DNA of 60,643 bases from a virus (Duplodnaviria > Caudoviricetes), in the IMG/VR virus record IMGVR_UViG_3300042261_000916, positions 1 through 60,643 of that record. The stretch is one strand, 5' to 3'. Shown here in pieces: positions 53,966 to 60,643 of the stretch (within the stretch, counting starts at the first letter, position 1; every line of letters begins with the position of its first letter). Under the pieces are notes generated by a model. That model was not told where the DNA came from. It was given only the letters and a program-made list of their open reading frames with translations, and did not search any database. A program made the position numbers and the translations under genes.

Positions 53966-56900
53966 ATGCCAATAAGTAACAAAGATTTAGGAAAGTACAA
54001 ACGTCCAGGCATATTTATTGAAGAAATTGATTTATCAATTATATCACGTCCAGTTCAGGAAGTGTTAATAAATTTAGTGCCAGGGTTTTCTAAGAAAGGA
54101 CCTTTTAATAAGCCTGTATTAGTAAATGACCCACAAACGTTTGAAGACATTTTTGGCCCAGTAGATAAGAATCTAGAAAACAAAGGGTCATACTTCCATA
54201 GAACTGTTGAGGATATGTTAACGGTAGGTCCAATTTGGGCTCTTAACTTATTAGCTACTGATCCAAATAGAGATACTCTCCAATGGGAATCTATTTCAGT
54301 CGCTGCTCAATACGATAATGGCCCAGTTAATACAGCCGGTTATGAATATTTCTTTAATCGTCAGGATTTCTGGGAAAGAGATGTAGAATCTTTCATGGAT
54401 ATAGTAGATGAAGCTTATGCAACTAATCCAAACCAACCAAATCCAGCTCACGATTTGTTCAGTATCACCAACATGGGAGATAAAACAGTCACAGTATGGA
54501 CATTCAAATCATCTATCACTGGATTTGACGTCTCAGCTGAGAGTTGGTATGGTGGAGCAGATAAAGTTCCTTTGTTTATGAATCCAAAAGATTATATATC
54601 AGATTATATGATTAGCGTACTATCTGTTGTTGGAGACTACACAGATTACGCGACTTTAAGCAAAGACCCATATTGGGGACAATATTTCAATACAAACGGT
54701 CTTCTTAAAGCACAAGTTCAAAATTTTGTAAGCGATAGATTAACAACTGTCAACGCTTATTATGATGTTTGTTTAATTCCAAACTTTAGAGATACATCAG
54801 GATTAGATATGTATATTAAGAATGTTATTAATTCAAATACAGACAAGACAGGATTATTCTGTTATTATAATGAAGACGTTCTCCTTAACGCAGATTTCTA
54901 TAAAGGAAATATTGATACAATTGGTCAAACACTGGTTGTAACAGAAGACCCTTTGAATGATATTTACGAGAAGAAGAATATCAATTTCATGTCTTACAAA
55001 ACAAATATTGGTGAAAATATAACATATACCGAGCAACTATTAGACGACGTTGGAAATCCATTTGGTAACTATGGGGCAGATTTATCTGTTGCTTATTATG
55101 GCGATAGAACAGGTATTAATACAAATTGGTACACAAATATAGCACCAACAACAGGAAGCACATATTCGTATGTTATTTCTTCGGCTTCAGCCACAAACAT
55201 AGTTTTAACTGATGTTACAGGTATTGAAGCAAATGATGTTGTTTATTTTAGCAACTCATTTGGGCCTGTTGATAGTGCAACTCCATATTATGTATTAACA
55301 GCTACAGTAGCTACATCTGGTATTACAGTTTCTACAACGAAGGGTGGACCTACTCTTGGTGGATTTACATCACCAACTAGACCAACTTTTGTTTATAGTT
55401 TGAAACAAAAATACTATGATGGAATTGGCGACGGTCTTGGTAATTTCTTCACTTATAATATTGGAGAACAATATATTCTAACGAATAATGGTAGTTATTC
55501 TCCACTATTCTTTGAGCCTCTTGTTATTAGCAACAGTGCTCAAACAACGGGATATAGTAGATATGATGTTGTATATTTAAGTACAGATAATACTACAATT
55601 CACACAGTTAAGGGAAATCAGGTTATTGGAACAACTCCAAGCAAACCAAATTTCTTATTGAGTAATGCCAATACAATAATTCTTGGATATGTTAAACTAC
55701 AATACACTTTAGTAGCAAGCGTTACACCAACACTAACAATGACATGGTATCCAACTACAGTAAATTACTATAATGTTAGTGGTAGTTATAAAGTTTTAGC
55801 TCCAACTACTGAAGTAACAGCAGTTTCTGGAGTTACAACAGGTGGTGTTAAATATCTTGATTTATATTTTGTTGGAACATCAGGTTCAACTGATTATACA
55901 AATTATGATAAATTGAGGAGAAATAAAATATTTACAGAAATTTATACTGCGGCTTTAACTGGTAAATCAGTTATTATAAACAGAGTAGATGGTACTAAAT
56001 ATTCAATTAATGCTACTGTATATGAACCGACCGCTACAAAAGATGGTCATATGATTATATTCTTTGATACATTAGGTAGCACAAATCCATTCGAATATTA
56101 TAATGTATCAACTGGCGGATTCTTAATTTACTACATAGACTATGAACTTGTTCTAGTTCCATCAACAACAAATCTTGAATATTTAATAACAACAAAGAAA
56201 GAAGTATCTGATCTTCCAAATAATTATGGTATAGTTGCTAAATATTCTACATTATATTTGGATTACTACAATGGTAATTTAAATGATGGAGATTATATTT
56301 TCTTCAATAATGATAGTGGACAAACTACTAGAATATATTTGAAAATGTGGTTAGATATAGATAAGAATTTGACCATAGGATTCTCAAGTGGTCCAGAAAC
56401 ACAACCAGATACAATTTTATCACAAGTTGACATCAATTATAATTCTGAACTTATTGTTTATTCCGATACTGGTAGTTATAAACAGACATTAGAAATCGAT
56501 AATACAAGTTATATTACGGATTTCACCAATGTAACGTATGTCTATGTCGATAAGACAAGATATTCCGAAGTAACTAAGGGCTGGTACTTAGACGCATATT
56601 ATGATACTTCATATTATGATGCACCAGGCGAAGGTTATATTTTAGGAGCAGTTCCTAGAAAATTAGTTCGTATCACAAGCACAGTTATAGATACTGTAGA
56701 TCCAACTAAAAAAATCTTATACGCTGATGGCCCTATTAGAATATTATCTAATATAAGTGGTTCAACAACTGATTATTATACAACAGCTAGAATGTCAATT
56801 GATAATTATGTTACTGAATATAATGGTTTAGCTATGAAGCCTTTCGTAGTAAGTCCAGAATCTATTCCTAATGGAACAGATGCTAGATTAGATACAATCA

Positions 56901-57862
56901 TGTCTGTTATGGGTAAGAATACAAATCTTGCAAAGGGTTTAGCCAATAAGAATAGAATTACTTGGAGATATTTAATTGATTCTTTCGGTTTAGGTTTAAC
57001 TCACAACTCAAAACAAGAATTTGTTGATGTTTGCGGTATGAAACTTAACTGTCTTGGTTTCATTAATATGCCAAGTGCAAGACAATTCAAAACATCAATA
57101 AATCCAAGTTTCACTAACGATGATAGAACTCTTAATACAGAATATATCAAAGAAGGTGGAAATCCAGATAAGAATCCAATATTTACATATTCGTTCGGAG
57201 ATGGTAAGGGTATGAGTTGTGTTGGTTACTTCTTCCCATACATCAAAGATGTAAATGATTCAAGTAAATTTATTCCACCAGCAGCAAAAGTTGCTAAAGC
57301 TTATATGGCAAAATTTACCGGTGGATTAGGAAATGCTTATCCATGGCAAATCATAGCAGGTCCACAATTCTCATTAATGGGTGAAGTTGCTGCTACAGAA
57401 ATCAGATTTACAAATGAAGATCTCGAAAACATGTACGCGATGGGAGCAAATCCAATTGTTTACTCTCTCAATAGAGGATATAATATCAATTCAGAGAACT
57501 CAGCTCAGGTTTACCCACTAAGTTCATTGAGTTATATTCACTCAAGAGAAGTTTTAATCGAACTTGAAAATAGACTTTATGATATGTTACTTAACTATCA
57601 CTGGAGATTTAATACTCCTGAAATTAGAGCTGAAATCAAGTTTAGAGCAGATCAAATTTGTAAAGAAATGTTAGATTCTAACGCACTCTATGATTTCAAA
57701 AATGTTTGCGACAAGACAAATAACACCGATTACATCATAGATCTACAAATGGGAGTACTTGATACATATATCGAAATCATTAAGGGTATGGGTATCATCG
57801 TAAATAACATCACAATCCTTAAAAAAGGAACAATAGCATCTGGTGGTTTCTTACCAGCATAA
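53966..57862 (+). CDS. Contractile tail sheath protein (T4 gp18-like)
   Basis: RPGIFIEEID.S, GFSKKGP.N.P, C-terminal LSYIH.RE.LI.LE...FN....R..I, CD..NNT..IID. Confidence 0.93.
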   Translation: MPISNKDLGKYKRPGIFIEEIDLSIISRPVQEVLINLVPGFSKKGPFNKPVLVNDPQTFEDIFGPVDKNLENKGSYFHRTVEDMLTVGPIWALNLLATDPNRDTLQWESISVAAQYDNGPVNTAGYEYFFNRQDFWERDVESFMDIVDEAYATNPNQPNPAHDLFSITNMGDKTVTVWTFKSSITGFDVSAESWYGGADKVPLFMNPKDYISDYMISVLSVVGDYTDYATLSKDPYWGQYFNTNGLLKAQVQNFVSDRLTTVNAYYDVCLIPNFRDTSGLDMYIKNVINSNTDKTGLFCYYNEDVLLNADFYKGNIDTIGQTLVVTEDPLNDIYEKKNINFMSYKTNIGENITYTEQLLDDVGNPFGNYGADLSVAYYGDRTGINTNWYTNIAPTTGSTYSYVISSASATNIVLTDVTGIEANDVVYFSNSFGPVDSATPYYVLTATVATSGITVSTTKGGPTLGGFTSPTRPTFVYSLKQKYYDGIGDGLGNFFTYNIGEQYILTNNGSYSPLFFEPLVISNSAQTTGYSRYDVVYLSTDNTTIHTVKGNQVIGTTPSKPNFLLSNANTIILGYVKLQYTLVASVTPTLTMTWYPTTVNYYNVSGSYKVLAPTTEVTAVSGVTTGGVKYLDLYFVGTSGSTDYTNYDKLRRNKIFTEIYTAALTGKSVIINRVDGTKYSINATVYEPTATKDGHMIIFFDTLGSTNPFEYYNVSTGGFLIYYIDYELVLVPSTTNLEYLITTKKEVSDLPNNYGIVAKYSTLYLDYYNGNLNDGDYIFFNNDSGQTTRIYLKMWLDIDKNLTIGFSSGPETQPDTILSQVDINYNSELIVYSDTGSYKQTLEIDNTSYITDFTNVTYVYVDKTRYSEVTKGWYLDAYYDTSYYDAPGEGYILGAVPRKLVRITSTVIDTVDPTKKILYADGPIRILSNISGSTTDYYTTARMSIDNYVTEYNGLAMKPFVVSPESIPNGTDARLDTIMSVMGKNTNLAKGLANKNRITWRYLIDSFGLGLTHNSKQEFVDVCGMKLNCLGFINMPSARQFKTSINPSFTNDDRTLNTEYIKEGGNPDKNPIFTYSFGDGKGMSCVGYFFPYIKDVNDSSKFIPPAAKVAKAYMAKFTGGLGNAYPWQIIAGPQFSLMGEVAATEIRFTNEDLENMYAMGANPIVYSLNRGYNINSENSAQVYPLSSLSYIHSREVLIELENRLYDMLLNYHWRFNTPEIRAEIKFRADQICKEMLDSNALYDFKNVCDKTNNTDYIIDLQMGVLDTYIEIIKGMGIIVNNITILKKGTIASGGFLPA

Positions 57863-57872
57863 TGTTAAAAAC

Positions 57873-57901
57873 AATGGAGAGAACTTCGGTTCTCTCCATT
57901 T
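57873..57901 (+). terminator. Stable hairpin with C(UUCG)G tetraloop after the sheath gene
   Basis: AATGGAGAGAAC-TTCG-GTTCTCTCCATT; short U tract. Confidence 0.75.
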
Positions 57902-57920
57902 AATTAAAAAAAATTGAAAT

Positions 57921-58289
57921 ATGAAAATCAAACATTTGAAAACATTTGAAAATTTTGAAAAGCTAAATGAGCAGATAAAATTGAATAAATCAAATGTTAC
58001 CTACGAATATTCAGAAGATGAGATAACTATAAATTGTCCAATGACAAAAATTCATAAAGAAATAATTCTAAAATTTGGCAGAGGAGAATCTATATTTCCA
58101 AGACTCACATTAAAATCTGCTTTTAAAAAAGATACATGGAATATGGAAAAATTACCATATATAAATGATTTATATAAATTAGGATTAATTATGAATGGTC
58201 CATTGGAAGATGGATATAGCAAACTAACTGAAAAAGGAAGAGAATATTTTGAGTTTTTAAATGAAAATAATTTAGAAGAAGAAGAATAA
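57921..58289 (+). CDS. CTS-leader protein with winged-helix-like end
   Basis: MKIKHLKTFENFEKLNEQ; L.KLGLI.......SKLTEKGREY. Confidence 0.7.
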   Translation: MKIKHLKTFENFEKLNEQIKLNKSNVTYEYSEDEITINCPMTKIHKEIILKFGRGESIFPRLTLKSAFKKDTWNMEKLPYINDLYKLGLIMNGPLEDGYSKLTEKGREYFEFLNENNLEEEE

Positions 58290-58362
58290 AAAAAATATAT
58301 CGAGGAACAGTAGTAACATTAATATATACTAGTAAAGATATAAAAAAATAATAATAATAAAC

Positions 58363-58962
58363 ATGGGTTTAGGACATTTTACCAACGTAGCAACAGCCAC
58401 TAATATGTGGGAACCAGTTTTTAAGAGTTTATTTGAAATTCAAATAGATTTACCACCATTAGTAGCAGGCAATTTGGGTAGCGGTATTAGAGCTCTTTTA
58501 CTAGAGAACGCCACAAGCGTACCATTACCATCATATCCAAAAATTGAAGTAAAACCTCAAAGATTTAAATACTCTACACGTATCTATCCAACCCTACCAG
58601 GTCAGACACACTTAACAGATCAACAGATTAAGTTTAATCTCAACGAATCTGTTAATGTGCCTCAGAATGTTAGTGGTGTTGTAAACGGTAGAGTCCCTAT
58701 CTTTAGAGCAATAAAAGACTGGTACGATCTAATTTGGAACAACGAAACAGGTCAACTTAACTACAAAGGAAACTTAGTGGGTACAGTTACTATAGACCAA
58801 CACGATAAGGAAGGTCTAGTTGTGAGACGTGTTATTTGGCATAACGCTTTTATAACAAGTTTCTCCGGATGGGACGAAGGTCTTAACTGGGAATCAGTAA
58901 CAGAAATCCACGATCTAACCGCGAGCTTCGCGCTGGACTACTTTGAGGATTTTTATTACTGA
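58363..58962 (+). CDS. Tail tube protein (T4 gp19-like)
   Basis: Follows the sheath gene; EPV...LFEI.I.LP, Q.FKYSTR, W.DL..N..TG...YK....G...I.Q.D..G, L.W. Confidence 0.85.
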   Translation: MGLGHFTNVATATNMWEPVFKSLFEIQIDLPPLVAGNLGSGIRALLLENATSVPLPSYPKIEVKPQRFKYSTRIYPTLPGQTHLTDQQIKFNLNESVNVPQNVSGVVNGRVPIFRAIKDWYDLIWNNETGQLNYKGNLVGTVTIDQHDKEGLVVRRVIWHNAFITSFSGWDEGLNWESVTEIHDLTASFALDYFEDFYY

Positions 58963-58977
58963 AAATCAATAAGTTAC

Positions 58978-59008
58978 AAAAATATAGAACAATTGTTCTA
59001 TATTTTTT
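58978..59008 (+). terminator. Rho-independent terminator
   Basis: AAAAATATAGAACA-at-TGTTCTATATTTTTT. Confidence 0.75.
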
Positions 59009-59054
59009 GCCTAAAAATGGCTCAGACTACTGAGAAGAAAAAAAAGAATATGTT

Positions 59055-59882
59055 ATGGAACAAAAATTATGTAGAATATGTGGCAAATTAAAAGATATAG
59101 ATAATTTTGCTAAAAATGATAAAATGAAGGACGGACACAGAAATGAATGTAATGATTGTAAGAATAAATTATATAATGATAAAAATAAAATAAGAAATCG
59201 TAATTTAGAAAAAGAGATTAAAACCGAAGGAAATAAAGTTTGCTGTATTTGTGGAGAATTTAAGTCTTTATTAGAATATCATGTAAAAAGAGGTACTCCT
59301 GATGGTCGTCGACGTGAATGTAAAGAATGTGTCAAAGAAATTCAAAAGAAATATAAGGAAGTTCCGGGGTTCAAAGAAAAACAAAAAGAATATGATAAGA
59401 ATAGATATGAGGAAATAAAAGATAAAATTCTTGAAAGAAAAAAAGAATATCATATTGAGAATCAAGAAAAAATTTCAATCAAGAAAAAAGAATATAGAAA
59501 TACTCCCGAATTTAAGATACAAGATAGAAAATGGAGATCTGAAAATAAAGAGCGTTTGGCGCAACTTCAAGCGAATTATAGAAAAAAATATCCCCACATT
59601 ATCGCCTGGCGTTCAGTATTATACTCCACTCTAAAACGTATCAATACTCCAAAAGAAGGACACACAATATCTCTTTTAGGTTATTCTGCATTAGATTTAA
59701 AAAATCACATTCAATCTCTTTTTGCGGATGGTATGTCTTGGGATAATCACGGGAAATGGCATATTGACCACATTACTGCAGTAGAAAATTTTCCAGATGA
59801 TGCGGATATAAAAGAAGTTTGTGCTTTAGAAAATTTACAACCTTTGTGGGCGTTTGAAAATTTATCTAAGAATAAATTTTAA
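59055..59882 (+). CDS. HNH homing endonuclease with two N-terminal Zn-finger repeats
   Basis: CRIC...CNDC, CCIC...CKEC; GMSWDNHGKWHIDHI...ENLQPLWA.EN..K. Confidence 0.9.
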   Translation: MEQKLCRICGKLKDIDNFAKNDKMKDGHRNECNDCKNKLYNDKNKIRNRNLEKEIKTEGNKVCCICGEFKSLLEYHVKRGTPDGRRRECKECVKEIQKKYKEVPGFKEKQKEYDKNRYEEIKDKILERKKEYHIENQEKISIKKKEYRNTPEFKIQDRKWRSENKERLAQLQANYRKKYPHIIAWRSVLYSTLKRINTPKEGHTISLLGYSALDLKNHIQSLFADGMSWDNHGKWHIDHITAVENFPDDADIKEVCALENLQPLWAFENLSKNKF

Positions 59883-59893
59883 TATATAGTTTT

Positions 59894-60643
59894 ATGATTA
59901 AAATCTTTGAACAATTTAAGGAAAGTGATGAAATTTGGTCATGTGTAGATGGTCAAGGAAAAGTTGATACTTCAACTTTATATGACATGGCTGGTCGTGG
60001 GCGTGGAGGAAAAGAAAAACAGATAAAACTTGAGTATTATCTTAAAACCATATTAGTTGATCAATTGTGCGAATTTAATGGAGCAACAGTAGATGAATTG
60101 GAATCTCTATATAATAGGAATTTAATGGGTAAGCATGTTATAAAAATTAAAGATGTTCATGTTATTAAAGAAGGAGATAGAAGAAGTGCTATATATTTTA
60201 TAGATGATAAAAATAATATTTATTTTGCTGGTTGTTCTGATATAAAAATAGTTGATGAAAATTTCGCCGAAATTAAAAAGAAAAAAGATGAAGAATTAAA
60301 TAGAAAAAGGGAAGAAATTAGACTAAGACATATACATCATGATCCTTACGGTGAAGAGAATTGGATGGAGGAAAATTATATTTTTGAACAATTCATCGAT
60401 GTTGATCCATATGGTGAGGAAAATTGGGAAGTTGATATTGATGATATTGAAGTTGGTGACGGTTTAAAAGACTCAAGTTGGGAAGCAGGAGCATGTTTAA
60501 TTATAACAAGAATAAAAGGGGAATTAATTGAGTATGATAAAAATAAATATTTTAAAGGATGGAAGCATTTTATAACACGACGTCAATTAAAAAAATGGTT
60601 AGATGATGGTAGTGCTACCATTGAAAAAAGAGTTAATGAACAA
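59894..60643 (+). CDS. CTS-leader polyprotein with 2 DPYGEENW tags (3'-partial)
   Basis: Hand-translated, open to the window end; MIKIFEQFKES; tags at 60341 and 60404. Confidence 0.8.
   Translation, partial: MIKIFEQFKESDEIWSCVDGQGKVDTSTLYDMAGRGRGGKEKQIKLEYYLKTILVDQLCEFNGATVDELESLYNRNLMGKHVIKIKDVHVIKEGDRRSAIYFIDDKNNIYFAGCSDIKIVDENFAEIKKKKDEELNRKREEIRLRHIHHDPYGEENWMEENYIFEQFIDVDPYGEENWEVDIDDIEVGDGLKDSSWEAGACLIITRIKGELIEYDKNKYFKGWKHFITRRQLKKWLDDGSATIEKRVNEQ

Larger units (their letters stand above)
2069..59890. promoter_or_regulatory. Recurrent putative late promoter (T)TAATATATA
   Basis: Near 2070, 2808, 4177, 13430(-), 15991, 24711, 26541, 30499, 31077, 35587, 37469, 39606, 40678(-), 47441, 50878(-), 53900, 58319, 59879, mostly 1-45 nt before a start codon. 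Confidence 0.75.
1410..60427. repeat. Dispersed coding repeat DPYGEE(D/E/N)W, at least 29 copies
   Basis: GAY CCN TAY GGN GAR GAR RAN TGG on both strands, with free third-position variation. Confidence 0.97.

Noticed and set aside
1410-60427. The recurring 24-nt GATCC.TA.GG.GAAGA..A.TGG sequence as a CRISPR repeat or DNA-level mobile repeat
   Set aside because: Copies are dispersed, irregularly spaced, almost always in frame within ORFs, and vary mainly at synonymous positions; no cas genes, inverted ends or target duplications seen.
1-60643. Alternative genetic code (TAG or TGA recoding, as in some large Bacteroidota phages)
   Set aside because: Long conserved genes (thyA, sheath, gp6, GTs) are intact in code 11, and TGA serves as a real stop in many ATGA overlaps. 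The single TGA/Trp case at 6174 is better explained locally.

Overview
AT-rich, densely coding segment of a large (jumbo-type) T4-like myovirus genome in standard genetic code. The host is probably Bacteroidota, judging from a Bacteroidota-like bS21, TAnnTTTG promoter boxes and a Bacteroidota-type lipoprotein. Recognisable genes include tail sheath, tail tube, gp6-like baseplate wedge, thyA, rpsU, RNA ligase, HAD nucleotidase, homing endonucleases, C39 and M14 peptidases, and a glycosylation set (RfaE-II ADP-heptose adenylyltransferase, Aah/TibC-type O-heptosyltransferase, GT2/GT4/FkbM). The dominant unexplained signal is a short peptide tag, DPYGEE(D/E/N)W. I counted at least 29 copies by eye: 28 in frame in 20 mostly unrelated ORFs on both strands, and one hidden out of frame. 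The copies vary at synonymous positions. The tag usually closes a protein or a domain module and is often followed by a T4-type (I/L/F)-x-E protease site. About 22 ORFs also begin with a T4 internal-protein-like capsid targeting leader. Other oddities are a catalytically dead gp21 paralogue flanked by two mini capsid-protein fragments (all tagged), an FN3-like protein and a 36-aa peptide sharing an identical C-terminal beta strand, an attC-like cassette that truncates a GNAT gene, and late-promoter hairpins covering start regions. All family assignments come from motif recognition by eye, not from database searches.
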